Assembly: GCA_963668625.2 (NCBI GenBank)
Contig: CAXXKA010000005.1
Coordinates: 128,001 to 192,000, forward strand
Length of the DNA: 64,000 bases
Origin: an uncultured candidate division Zixibacteria bacterium
Lineage (GTDB): Bacteria; Zixibacteria; MSB-5A5; UBA10806; 4484-95
Direction of reading: 5' to 3'
Both the position numbers and the translations under genes were made by a program. Below, one piece after another: positions 30,857 to 41,821 of this stretch. Each line of letters begins with the position of its first letter. The first letter of the stretch is position 1. The notes under the pieces were generated by a model that was not told where the DNA came from, ran no database searches, and saw nothing but the letters and a program-made list of their open reading frames with translations.

Positions 30857-32689
30857 GTGAAAACTTACTTACGATTGTTAAGATATTTAAAGCCTCATCT
30901 GCTATTTTTCATTCCCTCGGTTATATTCATGTTCCTTTTCTCGTTTTCCAGCGGAGCCTCTTTAACGACGGTCGTACCGGTTACCCAGTTAATATTCGAA
31001 TCCAATATCGACTATTATGAAAATATCGATGAGGACTACACTCCTACCCTGGAGGAACTTCGTAATTTCGATAAAAAAGCTGTATTGACATTGATCGGCG
31101 GCAAAACACGAATGGAATCGCTGGTAAGGATATGCATACTCATGGTATTGGTATTTTTTATCAAAAACCTGTTCTGGTATATACAGAGTTTCCTGATAGC
31201 AACGGTCGAACAGGGTGTAATACGCGATATCAGGATTGATATATATCGAAAATACCAGAATCTACCGTTATCATTTTTCCACGGTCAAAAAGTCGGCGAG
31301 CTTATATCTCGTATCGCCAATGACGCTCTCCTGGTCCGGGGCGCAATCGGGGATGGTTTATCCAAGCTGATCAAATCCTCGTTCAATTTCGTATTTTTTC
31401 TGGGACTGGCGTTACTGGCCTCGTGGAAAATGGCGCTGGCCAGCATGATCGTACTTCCTCCGGCGGTAATTATCATAGGTATTTTAAGCAAGAAACTCCG
31501 GGCCAGTTCGCGCATATCACAGGAAAAAATGGCCGGCGTTACCTCGATAATTCAGGAATCGATCTCCGGTGTCAGGGTGGTTAAAGCATTTAATATGGAA
31601 AAATTCGAACATAAGAAATTCGCCGATATCGTTCAGGATTATTTCAAGACCATGGTCAGGTTAAGCAGAATCGGATATTTAAGCATGCCCCTGACCGAAC
31701 TTCTTGGTGTAGGCGTAGGCGCATTGATTTTATATTACGGCGGCACCCAAATTATCAATGAGACCGGTTTGACAACCAGTACATTCATACTATTCCTGCT
31801 GGCGGTGTTTTCGACAATGGACCCGGTTAAAAAACTGAGCCAGGTGAATGTCGAGATTCAACAGGGAATGGCCTCCGGCAAACGCATATTCCAGATGTTG
31901 GATACTCCGCAGGAGATTGTCGATAAAGACAACGCACTGGAAATCGACGATTTCAAAGATAAAATCGTTTATGAGAATGTTGGATTCAACTACGGCGAGG
32001 GTGATTTCAAACTCGAAAATATCAATATCGAATTGAACAAAGGGGAGATACTGGCCCTGGTCGGACCATCCGGTGGCGGCAAATCGACACTGGTTGATCT
32101 TCTACCGCGTTTCTATGATGTTAAAAACGGAAGTATTAAAATTGATGGCCATGACCTGCGCGATCTTACCACCATTTCGTTGCGTAATCTCATGGGAATA
32201 GTGACCCAGGAGATAATCCTGTTCAACGACACGATCGCTAATAATATCGCATATGGTCAAAGTGATGCTTCGATCAAACAAATCAAAAACGCCGCTAAGC
32301 TGGCTTTCGCTGATGGTTTTATCGAGCAATTGCCTGAGGGCTACAACACTATAATCGGAGATCGTGGAGTTAAGCTCTCCGGCGGCCAGAGACAGAGGCT
32401 ATCGATAGCCCGGGCGCTTTACAAAGACCCGCCTGTACTTATTTTCGATGAGGCAACCTCCTCGCTCGACACCGAATCGGAACAGCTTATTCAAAAAGCG
32501 ATAGACAACCTGCTGACAGGAAGAACCGTTATAGTCGTAGCGCATCGCCTTTCGACAATACGTAACGCCAACCAGATATTGGTTGTCGAGAAGGGCGGCG
32601 TAGTCGAGCGCGGCTCGCATGATCAATTACTTAAAACTAACGGAGCATATAAACGCCTTTACGATATGCAATTTACGGATTCCAGATGA
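30857..32689 (+). CDS. msbA: MsbA-like ABC exporter (TMD + NBD)
   Basis: GPSGGGKST, LSGGQRQR, DEATSSLD motifs; next to LPS genes. Confidence 0.75.
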   Translation: MKTYLRLLRYLKPHLLFFIPSVIFMFLFSFSSGASLTTVVPVTQLIFESNIDYYENIDEDYTPTLEELRNFDKKAVLTLIGGKTRMESLVRICILMVLVFFIKNLFWYIQSFLIATVEQGVIRDIRIDIYRKYQNLPLSFFHGQKVGELISRIANDALLVRGAIGDGLSKLIKSSFNFVFFLGLALLASWKMALASMIVLPPAVIIIGILSKKLRASSRISQEKMAGVTSIIQESISGVRVVKAFNMEKFEHKKFADIVQDYFKTMVRLSRIGYLSMPLTELLGVGVGALILYYGGTQIINETGLTTSTFILFLLAVFSTMDPVKKLSQVNVEIQQGMASGKRIFQMLDTPQEIVDKDNALEIDDFKDKIVYENVGFNYGEGDFKLENINIELNKGEILALVGPSGGGKSTLVDLLPRFYDVKNGSIKIDGHDLRDLTTISLRNLMGIVTQEIILFNDTIANNIAYGQSDASIKQIKNAAKLAFADGFIEQLPEGYNTIIGDRGVKLSGGQRQRLSIARALYKDPPVLIFDEATSSLDTESEQLIQKAIDNLLTGRTVIVVAHRLSTIRNANQILVVEKGGVVERGSHDQLLKTNGAYKRLYDMQFTDSR

Positions 32690-33660
32690 GTTTCGGGAAG
32701 GTATTATTTATACAGCTTAAGATGCTCGGAGATATACTTATGCTATCTCCGGCTTTGAATGCTTTCAAGCAACGCTATCCCGAGGCCGCTATCGATGTGG
32801 TCGTTCAGTCACCGGGCGAGGAGCTTCTGAGGTTAAATCCCAATGTCAATCGAGTGATTACATTTAACCAGGGCAGGTGGTACAATTTTAATAGACAGTT
32901 TAAGTTTATTAATCAGATCCGTCAGACTAAATACGATCTGGTCGTAGATTTCCTGGGAAATCCTCGATCAGGACATTACACTTTTTTAAGCGGCGCTCCA
33001 AAACGGCTCGGCTACGAGAACGCTCAATATACATACGCTTATAATATTAAAAATAAAAGAATTCATGGCTACTCGGCTATCTCGAAAATCGAATTTCTAA
33101 GCGTCCTGGATGTTCGAAGTAAGGATTTCAAGCTGGAAATTTATCTGGATGATAATATCGAACCACCTTCAGAGTTTATGAGATTGGCCGGCAAAAAAAT
33201 GGTGGCTATTTCTCCGGTAAGCCTGCTCGAGAAGAAAGTTTGGCCTACCGAGAATTTCGCGGCGATCGTATCGAGGTTGAGTGATGAATTCGGTTTATTT
33301 CCGGTGGTCATTGCCGGACCGAACGAACACCGTTTTTTGGATGATTATTCTAAATACAGTAAATGCGACTACCTGCCTTTATATATTGATAGCATAATGG
33401 CGCTTGGACATGTGTTGCGAGGATGTCGATTGTTCGTGGGCAACGATAACGGGCCAAAACATATAGCAGCCGCCCTGGGCTTGCCGACATACACGGTTTA
33501 TGGTCATTCGAGTGATCCCGATTGCTGGAACTATCCTGATGATCCGCGACATAAATACATTGGAGGCATGAATAAACCCGATTGTATGCCGATTGCCAAT
33601 ATAAGGGTTGATACTGTCTGGAATGACATAAAGGAGTTTGTAGATTCGCTAAATCTGTGA
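32686..33660 (+). CDS. Glycosyltransferase family 9 (heptosyltransferase-like)
   Basis: LGDILM, GNDNGPKHIAAALG motifs. Confidence 0.9.
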   Translation: MSFGKVLFIQLKMLGDILMLSPALNAFKQRYPEAAIDVVVQSPGEELLRLNPNVNRVITFNQGRWYNFNRQFKFINQIRQTKYDLVVDFLGNPRSGHYTFLSGAPKRLGYENAQYTYAYNIKNKRIHGYSAISKIEFLSVLDVRSKDFKLEIYLDDNIEPPSEFMRLAGKKMVAISPVSLLEKKVWPTENFAAIVSRLSDEFGLFPVVIAGPNEHRFLDDYSKYSKCDYLPLYIDSIMALGHVLRGCRLFVGNDNGPKHIAAALGLPTYTVYGHSSDPDCWNYPDDPRHKYIGGMNKPDCMPIANIRVDTVWNDIKEFVDSLNL

Positions 33661-33728
33661 TAAGATTACGTTTTGTGATGATCATAAGTTGTTAAAACCA
33701 AAAGTAGATTTCTTGCAAGGATAGTAAA

Positions 33729-34868
33729 TTGGAGAGAACTAACGCATATCTCAATAATTTCGCATTCGTTTTATTGATGCTGTACAGTTTCGTCTTGATG
33801 CTGTCCAATGCCTTATCGGAAACTCTGGCAGTAATAATTTTATTTATCTGGATCGCACAGACAATAGCCTACCGACGCAAAAACTGGCTGGAATATCCGC
33901 TAACGATACCTATTTTCGCATTTATAGCAATTAAACTCGTGGTGTTGGTTGTTAGTGGCTATGCAGGCAGTATAAATCTTGTTTTCGAGCAAATGACATT
34001 GCCGCTAATTTATTTCATCGTGCCCGGAATCGTGGTGACCTCCGAGCGAAGACGTACAATAGCCTGGTTAATTATTGCCGGATCGATAGTTGCCGCCTCT
34101 ATTGGCATACTGAAGTTTTTCTCCGGAGCCGTACCTCGAGCTGAATCCATTGTTTCGGGAGTTTATACGCTTTCGGTATTCTTAACTTTTAGCCTGGTGC
34201 TCGTAATCTCGATTTTCGCATACTCCACTAAAGCTAAGGAGAAGGTGTTTTTGGCGTTGGTTTCGATACCGCTTATGGTCTGTATTATTGTCACTTTTAC
34301 GAGGGCTAGTTATGTAGCGGCGCTACTGGGATCAATTATTATCAGTATGGTCAAAGATTGGAAAATATTAATACTAATTATAATAATCATTGCGGCGATT
34401 TTCACTTTCTCACCGGGCGCTAATCAGATGTTAAACCACCGATTCGATTTATCCAATATGGATAGCTTTTATTCTTACCGGGATGTTCTCCTGGAACTTA
34501 GCTTACCGGCAATCGAAAACCCCGGATTTTTCGGTTATGGATTCAACAGTTTCGAAAAAATGATAGACAAAGAAGTCGAGCTGCGAATCGATACTAAGTC
34601 GGTAAACAATTGGCACAATGTATACACTCAGCATCTACTGGATAGCGGACCGCTTTCGATGGTTATTCTGTTTTGGATATTGTTAGCGCAATTAAGGTAT
34701 TCATTCAATATTTTCCGTAAGACGAAAGATACCGAGCAAAAAACTTATCAACTGGCATTTTACGTGATCGTGATCTGTTTTATGTTGTTCGGCCTGGTGA
34801 TGGATCCTTTGCGTGATCCGATCATATCGATGTTTTTCTGGTTACTTATGGGATTATCACTCGTATGA
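33729..34868 (+). CDS. O-antigen ligase family membrane protein
   Basis: Many TM segments; TFTRASY, FGYG, HNVYTQ motifs. Confidence 0.85.
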   Translation: MERTNAYLNNFAFVLLMLYSFVLMLSNALSETLAVIILFIWIAQTIAYRRKNWLEYPLTIPIFAFIAIKLVVLVVSGYAGSINLVFEQMTLPLIYFIVPGIVVTSERRRTIAWLIIAGSIVAASIGILKFFSGAVPRAESIVSGVYTLSVFLTFSLVLVISIFAYSTKAKEKVFLALVSIPLMVCIIVTFTRASYVAALLGSIIISMVKDWKILILIIIIIAAIFTFSPGANQMLNHRFDLSNMDSFYSYRDVLLELSLPAIENPGFFGYGFNSFEKMIDKEVELRIDTKSVNNWHNVYTQHLLDSGPLSMVILFWILLAQLRYSFNIFRKTKDTEQKTYQLAFYVIVICFMLFGLVMDPLRDPIISMFFWLLMGLSLV

Positions 34869-34915
34869 TCGATTAATATAGTCGATCGATTTGAAGAATA
34901 AATATCGAAGTTTCT

Positions 34916-35935
34916 ATGCAAAGAATAAAACTGAAGGGTAATGAAAAAGTACTTATAGTCCGTCCCGACAGAATCGGCGATCTCGTATTAACATTGCCTC
35001 TAGCTCAGGTGCTGCGGGATATCCATCCCGGGCTGACAATCGATTTTCTGGTATCCTCATATAACAGCAGTGTTCTTGAATATGCCGTTTATATCGATAA
35101 TTACCTGATGGTCAATAATGATGATAAATCGCGGAAAAGCATAGCCTCTATGATAAACGAAATCGTGTCGAGAAAGTATGATGTGGCGATATTTGCCAAA
35201 CCAGATTTGTTCACCTCGTTCTGTATATTTATGTCTGATATTAAATATCGTATCGGCACAAGCAGGCGCGGATACTCGTTTCTATATAATATGAAAATCG
35301 AACTCGCGCGCCGTCACGCTAACACGCACGAACAGGAACTGAACCTGAGACTTCTGGAACCATTCGGCTTAAAATATGATGATGATTCGATCACGCCGAG
35401 TTTGAATGTTGAACTAGAAAACGATTCGATAAGTGAATTAATACCGGGGGATTTCAAATATATAGTGGTTCACCCGGGTTCAAAAGGCTCGGCGGCAAAC
35501 TGGCCGACCGATAATTATGTTAAATTGATAAACAGGCTAAGCGAATCTCGTAATGTCGTTATTACCGGACAGGGGAAATCGATAGGTACGAATAATGCAC
35601 AGGTTATCGATCTGGTAAATAAGACCGGTTTCGATCAATTAATATCGATACTAAATAATGCCGATTTGTTTATTTCCGGCAGTACCGGGCCTCTTCATAT
35701 TGCCGCCGCGCTCGGAGTGCCCTCTCTCGGGTTATATCCCGATCATCCGGTACTTGGCCCCCACAGGTGGGGACCTCGCGGCAAAAAGGCGGCTTATATA
35801 GAACCGCCAAAACAATCAGGGCATAGGTGTCGTATCAATGATAATGGAAGCTGTGAGTGTATGGCAAAAATCACCGTGGATGATGTTTACCATAAAGCGC
35901 TGGAAATGTTGGGTCAGGGAGTAGCGGCACGATGA
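34916..35935 (+). CDS. Glycosyltransferase family 9
   Basis: RPDRIGDLVL, HPGS, STGPLHIAAALG motifs. Confidence 0.9.
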   Translation: MQRIKLKGNEKVLIVRPDRIGDLVLTLPLAQVLRDIHPGLTIDFLVSSYNSSVLEYAVYIDNYLMVNNDDKSRKSIASMINEIVSRKYDVAIFAKPDLFTSFCIFMSDIKYRIGTSRRGYSFLYNMKIELARRHANTHEQELNLRLLEPFGLKYDDDSITPSLNVELENDSISELIPGDFKYIVVHPGSKGSAANWPTDNYVKLINRLSESRNVVITGQGKSIGTNNAQVIDLVNKTGFDQLISILNNADLFISGSTGPLHIAAALGVPSLGLYPDHPVLGPHRWGPRGKKAAYIEPPKQSGHRCRINDNGSCECMAKITVDDVYHKALEMLGQGVAAR

Positions 35936-38094
35936 AAAATAAAATGAATCTGGCGCAGTTTATCATATATATAGAATCTTTCAACGCTAATATCAATATA
36001 CCCCTGATTCGCAAGGCGTACGAGTTTTCGGATAAATCCCATGATGGACAGTTCCGAGAATCCGGCGATCATTTCATCGAACACTGCCTGGAGGTGGCGT
36101 TCATTCTGGCCGAGCAACATATGGATTCGACAACGATCGCGGCCGGGTTGATGCATGACGTGGTCGAGGACACCGCCGTAACGATCGATGAGATAAAGCA
36201 GGAGTTCGGCGATGAAATAGCTCATATGGTGGATGGCTTGACGAAGCTATCGGGCTTGATATACAAATCGACCACCACCAAACAAGCCGAGTATTTCCGC
36301 AAGATGCTTTTATCGATGTCCGAGGATGTCAGGATTATCGTGATAAAGCTTGCCGATCGTCTGCACAACATGCGTACTATCGAACCTTTGCCAGAGAAGA
36401 AGAAGCTGAAAATAGCCAAGGAGACTAAAGAGATTTACGCTCCGCTGGCCCATCGTTTTGGTATGGGAAAAGTAAAAGCCGAGCTAGAGGATTTATCGTT
36501 CAAAGTACTCGAACCTGATAGTTATGCATCAATCGAGGAGAAAATCAAGCATAGCCATGGCCAACGCGAGGCTTATATTCAGGAGGTCGTAGTACCTCTC
36601 AAAAAAGTACTGCGTGAAAACAATGTAACCGCCGAGATAACCGGCCGGGCCAAACACTACGATTCTATCTGGCGTAAGATGCACATACGCAACGTGGAAT
36701 TCGATGAGATATACGATTTATTCGCTATACGTGCCACGGTCGAAACCGAGAAGGACTGCTATCATACGCTCGGCCTGGTACATAATATCTGGAAACCGGT
36801 ACCGGAGAGATTCCACGATTATATCGGCAATCCCAAATCCAACATGTATCAGTCCATACATACCACGGTAATAGGACCACGCGGGCGAATGGTTGAAATA
36901 CAGATACGTACCATGACCATGCACTACCGCGCCGAATACGGTATCGCCGCTCATTGGCTATACAAGGAAGGTAAACGAAAATACGATGAGTCGGACAAGC
37001 GGATGGCCTGGATAAGGGAGATACTCGAATGGCAAAAAGAGCTTACCAATCCCGAGGAATTTCTGGAGTATTTCAAAATCGATTTATTTCGGGATGACAT
37101 ATTCGTCTACACGCCGGAGGGAGAGATAAAACATCTACCGAAATTCGCTACTCCTCTGGATTTCGCCTTTGCAGTTCATTCCGATGTCGGTTTTCACTGT
37201 ATCGGGGCGAGGGTGAACAGGAAACTTGTGCCGTTAAACACGACATTGAACTCCGGTGATACGGTAGAAATTTTAACCTCGGCTCATCAACACCCTACTA
37301 ACGATTGGGTGAAGATAGTAAAAACAAGCCGGGCCAAATCAAAAATCAGAAGCTGGCTGAAAGAGCAGGGATTCAACCAGGCGGTTACTCTGGGTTGGGA
37401 GATATTCAACCGTGAACTGAAACGCCTTCATTTGAAACAGCCTGTCGATGACGAAATACTGGAAGTTGCCCAGAACCTGGGCTTTACCGACACCGACACA
37501 TTGATGGCTCGCCTGAGTACCGGGTTAGTTTCTATTACATCCATAATAAATAGAATTCGGCCTCCGCAGAAAGAGAAAGACCCATCGATTCTGGCGAAGC
37601 TGGCTGAACGCGCGAGACGTCACCCTCGGGGTATTAAAGTAAAAGGCGCGGACAACCTGTTGTTCCGTTTCGGTAAATGCTGCCAGCCGTTGCCGGGCGA
37701 GGAAATCATAGGATTCATAACCAGGGGCAGAGGCATAACGATTCACGCAAAGAATTGCGTTAACGCAGTCGCGATTACGGATAAGGAGCGGATGATCGCA
37801 GTCGAGTGGGATGTCGCCAGGGGGCAAAGTTTCCTCATACAGCTTGAGGCGGTCGTGCAGGATAGAAAAAACTTGCTGAGGGAAATCACCGATGTTATTT
37901 CCGAGACGGATATAAACGTGCGAGGCGCGGAGATAAAAGCCGATAGTAACGCCGCGGCCGGAAATCCGACAATGGGCCATTTCCATCTCGAGATCAACAA
38001 CCTCTCTCAACTGCATAAAGCAATCAGCCGCGTGAAAAAAATACCCGGAGTTATTTCAATAATCAGATCATCGGGGAAAACATCGGATGAGTAA
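35932..38094 (+). CDS. spoT: Bifunctional (p)ppGpp synthetase/hydrolase (long RSH)
   Basis: HDVVED, KLADRLHNMRT, YQSIHT, EIQIRT, TGS, CCQP and ACT domains. Confidence 0.93.
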   Translation: MKNKMNLAQFIIYIESFNANINIPLIRKAYEFSDKSHDGQFRESGDHFIEHCLEVAFILAEQHMDSTTIAAGLMHDVVEDTAVTIDEIKQEFGDEIAHMVDGLTKLSGLIYKSTTTKQAEYFRKMLLSMSEDVRIIVIKLADRLHNMRTIEPLPEKKKLKIAKETKEIYAPLAHRFGMGKVKAELEDLSFKVLEPDSYASIEEKIKHSHGQREAYIQEVVVPLKKVLRENNVTAEITGRAKHYDSIWRKMHIRNVEFDEIYDLFAIRATVETEKDCYHTLGLVHNIWKPVPERFHDYIGNPKSNMYQSIHTTVIGPRGRMVEIQIRTMTMHYRAEYGIAAHWLYKEGKRKYDESDKRMAWIREILEWQKELTNPEEFLEYFKIDLFRDDIFVYTPEGEIKHLPKFATPLDFAFAVHSDVGFHCIGARVNRKLVPLNTTLNSGDTVEILTSAHQHPTNDWVKIVKTSRAKSKIRSWLKEQGFNQAVTLGWEIFNRELKRLHLKQPVDDEILEVAQNLGFTDTDTLMARLSTGLVSITSIINRIRPPQKEKDPSILAKLAERARRHPRGIKVKGADNLLFRFGKCCQPLPGEEIIGFITRGRGITIHAKNCVNAVAITDKERMIAVEWDVARGQSFLIQLEAVVQDRKNLLREITDVISETDINVRGAEIKADSNAAAGNPTMGHFHLEINNLSQLHKAISRVKKIPGVISIIRSSGKTSDE

Positions 38095-38785
38095 AAATAT
38101 TTACCTCAAATCAACAGCTAATATAAACTATCTCGACTACAGCGAATTCATGGGAACGTCTTGCGGCATCGTTATTAAAAACGATTTGCTCGTTAAAGAA
38201 AGTGCGCCCGAGTTTATCGCTGGCAACATTCTTGGAATTTCCGAAAATAACATTACTCCGATCACGCTCAACCAGAAACACACGAATGTTATTGTTACGC
38301 CCGGTGATGATTTGAAACAGCCTGCTGATGGCGTTTACACGGATAAAAACGATTACGTGTTGATCATCAGAACAGCCGACTGTTTCCCGGTCATGCTTTA
38401 CGATGGCAACATACTGGCCGCGATCCATGCCGGCTGGCGAAGTGTTTTCACGGGTATACTAAAGGAATTTTTCACTGAGGTAAAAGAGTTCGATATTGCC
38501 AACGCCAAAGCTGTCGTATCGCCGGGCATAAGGGAATGTTGTTTCGAGGTGTCGCCGGATGTCTTTATTCTGTTCGATAGCAAATACCGGGTAAAAAACG
38601 ATAAAGGTTGTTTTATAGATCTGAAAAGTTTAATACTTGACGAGTTGAAGGCATATGGCGTAAATTCTATACTTGATAACACTGTCTGTACGTCATGCAA
38701 TAACGATAAATACTATTCGTACAGACGTGAGGGAAGCAACGTTAAGCAGATGTTTAGTTACATCTATAAAGGAGCATCAAGATGA
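38087..38785 (+). CDS. pgeF: PgeF/YfiH purine nucleoside phosphorylase-like protein
   Basis: QKH, TADCFPV, HAGWR, CTSC, YSYRR motifs. Confidence 0.9.
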   Translation: MSKNIYLKSTANINYLDYSEFMGTSCGIVIKNDLLVKESAPEFIAGNILGISENNITPITLNQKHTNVIVTPGDDLKQPADGVYTDKNDYVLIIRTADCFPVMLYDGNILAAIHAGWRSVFTGILKEFFTEVKEFDIANAKAVVSPGIRECCFEVSPDVFILFDSKYRVKNDKGCFIDLKSLILDELKAYGVNSILDNTVCTSCNNDKYYSYRREGSNVKQMFSYIYKGASR

Positions 38786-39414
38786 AAAAATTAATTTCGA
38801 TTACGTTACTTACATTGTTATTCAGCGTACCGTCATTCGCATTAACCGGACTGGGTATTGGCATACACGGCGGCCAAACCAGCAACTACAGCAGCGACCT
38901 TCTGGACAACAATCTGGGGGATATAACCGATTCTCTGGGGTTGAGCATCGGTGACACGTCTTTCGATGAGGAACTGTATAATATCGGCGCTCATATCAAG
39001 GTCGGAACGTTACCGCTTATCGATTTTTACGGTTTCGTGGATTATAGCTGGAAGAAAAAAGAGATTACCAATGGTTTGGATTTTCGTATCTCGGATGTCG
39101 CCGTTGGCGTTTCAGCACGCAAAGGACTGGGCGTAGCCATGCTGAAGCCATTCGCAGGCGCTGGTTTCGAAATTCACCACCTGGCCTATTCGCTGGAAAC
39201 GGATGCCGTTGAATTTAACGGCATACCCGTAGCCGCGCTGGTAGTGCCGTCCAACCAGAACAAAATCGGATATCATTTTCTATTAGGAGTGGAACTTAAT
39301 TTACCGGTTTTTCCCGTCGATCCATACATTCAGTATAAGTACAACTGGATAACCACCGATGATGAGCCGACCAAATACGGTATGATCGAAGCGGGATTGA
39401 CATTCAGTTTATAA
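38782..39414 (+). CDS. Outer-membrane beta-barrel protein
   Basis: Signal peptide, alternating beta strands, C-terminal AGLTFSL. Confidence 0.75.
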   Translation: MKKLISITLLTLLFSVPSFALTGLGIGIHGGQTSNYSSDLLDNNLGDITDSLGLSIGDTSFDEELYNIGAHIKVGTLPLIDFYGFVDYSWKKKEITNGLDFRISDVAVGVSARKGLGVAMLKPFAGAGFEIHHLAYSLETDAVEFNGIPVAALVVPSNQNKIGYHFLLGVELNLPVFPVDPYIQYKYNWITTDDEPTKYGMIEAGLTFSL

Positions 39415-39433
39415 TCACTAAGGAGGTTTTCCA

Positions 39434-40033
39434 TTGAAACGTAATTTAACATTCTCACTATTAATAGTGATATTGACAGCTTCACTGGCATCCGCGCAGT
39501 TTACACCTCAACTATTTCCGGCCTTAACGCAGCCCAAAGGTACCTCGCAGGTTTTCGGGAATATCGGCATCTACGATAATTTCACCGAAATAGCCGGCGG
39601 CTACAAATACGGTATCGGCGGCTACAGCGATTTCGACGTTCGCCTGGGTATAATCGATCCCGATCATGGTGATACTGGATTCTTGTTAGCCGGCAATTTC
39701 CGTTACCAGGTGATGGAAGTACGCATCGAGGATCCGGTCGATATGTCCGTCGGTGGTTTATTCGAAACCGTCATAGGCTGGGATGCATCCAATTTCAGTA
39801 TCGGGGCGTTCGGCGTAGGTTCGATACCGATCGCTATAAACGAGGAAAAAGACATTACGCCCTACGGTCGCTTGACTTTGCGTATAGACAAATACGAGAG
39901 TGACTCGGAGTTCAACATAGCTTTGAATCTGGGTTCAAAGTACGACCTGAATGAAACTATGGCTTTATCCGCGGAATTTAACATAGAAAGCGACTATTTC
40001 GGTTTCATAGTGTCGTATATGTACGGGTTATAA
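39434..40033 (+). CDS. Putative outer-membrane beta-barrel protein
   Basis: Signal peptide (ASA-Q), aromatic/Gly-rich strands. Confidence 0.65.
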   Translation: MKRNLTFSLLIVILTASLASAQFTPQLFPALTQPKGTSQVFGNIGIYDNFTEIAGGYKYGIGGYSDFDVRLGIIDPDHGDTGFLLAGNFRYQVMEVRIEDPVDMSVGGLFETVIGWDASNFSIGAFGVGSIPIAINEEKDITPYGRLTLRIDKYESDSEFNIALNLGSKYDLNETMALSAEFNIESDYFGFIVSYMYGL

Positions 40034-40034
40034 C

Positions 40035-40823
40035 TTGGATTTACTAACAAGCATTATCCTGGGCACACTTCAGGGACTGACGGAATTTCTGCCGGTATCG
40101 AGTTCGGGGCACCTGGTGCTGGCCGAACGAATCCTGGGCAGTAATGCATCCTCGGGTTTATTTTTCGAGGTGATGGTGCATTTCGCGACCATGATTTCAG
40201 TCGTGATATTTTTCCGCAAAAAAATCGGACGGTTGATAATGAGTTTAATACCGCCCTATACCGAGGATAAAAAGCCGATTTTAAAGCTGGCGATTATAAT
40301 CGTTATAGGCACCATACCGGCGGTAATATTAGGATTGGGTTTCGAGGATCAGATAGAATCGGCTTTCGGCTCGGCTAAGGTAGCGGCCATAATGCTAATC
40401 GTCACCTCGATGATATTACTTTCCACCAGGCTGAGAAAGCATGGTAAAAAAACACTTGGCTATGGCAGCGGCTTTCTTGTCGGCGTAGCTCAATCGTTGG
40501 CTTTGATGCCGGGGATATCACGTTCGGGCACGACTATTTCGGCCGGGCTGCATCTGGGAATAGACCCGGGCGAGGCAGCCGAATTCTCGTTTCTGCTCTC
40601 GTTGCCGGCTGTATTCGGCGCGACTATTCTAAAATCATTTCAACTGGCTCAGGAACCGGTAAACGGTAGCGAGATAGGCATATATATAGCCGGTGCGATT
40701 GCCGCATTCGTGGTTGGTTATATATCGATTGCCTGGTTGATGAAGATGATCAAAAGAGGTCAATTCTTTTATTTCGGGATTTACTGCCTGCTGGTGGGAA
40801 TCGCGGGGGTTATATGGCTGTAA
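40035..40823 (+). CDS. uppP: Undecaprenyl-diphosphatase
   Basis: QGLTEFLPVSSSGH and PGISRSG motifs. Confidence 0.96.
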   Translation: MDLLTSIILGTLQGLTEFLPVSSSGHLVLAERILGSNASSGLFFEVMVHFATMISVVIFFRKKIGRLIMSLIPPYTEDKKPILKLAIIIVIGTIPAVILGLGFEDQIESAFGSAKVAAIMLIVTSMILLSTRLRKHGKKTLGYGSGFLVGVAQSLALMPGISRSGTTISAGLHLGIDPGEAAEFSFLLSLPAVFGATILKSFQLAQEPVNGSEIGIYIAGAIAAFVVGYISIAWLMKMIKRGQFFYFGIYCLLVGIAGVIWL

Positions 40824-40825
40824 AG

Positions 40826-41821
40826 ATGAGGAAAGTTCTCATCACTCGAATGAGCGCAATGGGGGATGTCATTCTGGCATTACCCGTGGCCATGGCGATC
40901 AAAGATCACGATCCGAGTATCAGGGTGGATTTCCTGACGAAAATAGAGTATGCCTCGCTATTCGATCAATTCCCGGCCGTGGATGTCGCTTATGGTTATT
41001 CAGGTAAAGTCTGGGAGCTTATCAAGAAGCTCCAAGCCGAAAAATATGACACCGTCATCGACCTGCAGAAAAATCCCCGTAGCCTGATTATCACCGCTGC
41101 GCTTAATCCCAAAAACGTGGCGGGTTATCCAAAAAGAAGAATCAAGCGCGAACTCATAATTCGTCAACCTAAATGGAACCTTCAAGCAGGACATACGGTA
41201 GATGCCTATTTCAAGGCGCTCACCCGATTGAAAGTGCAACCGGTTTCCCGCCGCCCGAAAGTAGTGCTGCAACCGGAGGTAGAGAAATACGGCGATGATT
41301 TTATCAGGAACACCGGTTTCTCCGGCAAAGTGATCGGGCTTTGTCCCGGCTCCAAACATTATGAAAAGAGATGGTTAAAATACGATGAGTTGGGGAAGTT
41401 GCTGATAAAAGATGATGATAAAAACGTTGTCGTATTCACCGGCCCCTCGGATGATTTCGATTCCAACCTGAACATCGGCTCGGAAAAAATCGTGGCGGCT
41501 CATAACCTCAGTCTCGATAAAGTAGCCGGCGTGATGAATAAGTGCGATATAGTCGTGACCAACGATTCGGGCTTGATGCATCTTGCCGTTTCGCTCTCGG
41601 TACCGGTAGTAGCGATATTCGGCCCCACGCATCCCTCGCTTGGTTTTTCGCCCCTGGGGAAACGCGATACCGTTATTTGTGATAATGTAAATTGTTCGCC
41701 CTGTAGTTTGCATGGCGAGAAAAAGTGCAAAAAAATCAGCAAATATTGTTTCGATGATATCACTCCGGAGAGAGTAAAATCAATGATAGAAAAAACGCTA
41801 TATGAGGAAAGTGCAAGCTAA
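40826..41821 (+). CDS. LPS heptosyltransferase II-like GT9
   Basis: SAMGDVIL, NDSGLMHLA, FGPTHP, CSPCSLHG motifs. Confidence 0.88.
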   Translation: MRKVLITRMSAMGDVILALPVAMAIKDHDPSIRVDFLTKIEYASLFDQFPAVDVAYGYSGKVWELIKKLQAEKYDTVIDLQKNPRSLIITAALNPKNVAGYPKRRIKRELIIRQPKWNLQAGHTVDAYFKALTRLKVQPVSRRPKVVLQPEVEKYGDDFIRNTGFSGKVIGLCPGSKHYEKRWLKYDELGKLLIKDDDKNVVVFTGPSDDFDSNLNIGSEKIVAAHNLSLDKVAGVMNKCDIVVTNDSGLMHLAVSLSVPVVAIFGPTHPSLGFSPLGKRDTVICDNVNCSPCSLHGEKKCKKISKYCFDDITPERVKSMIEKTLYEESAS

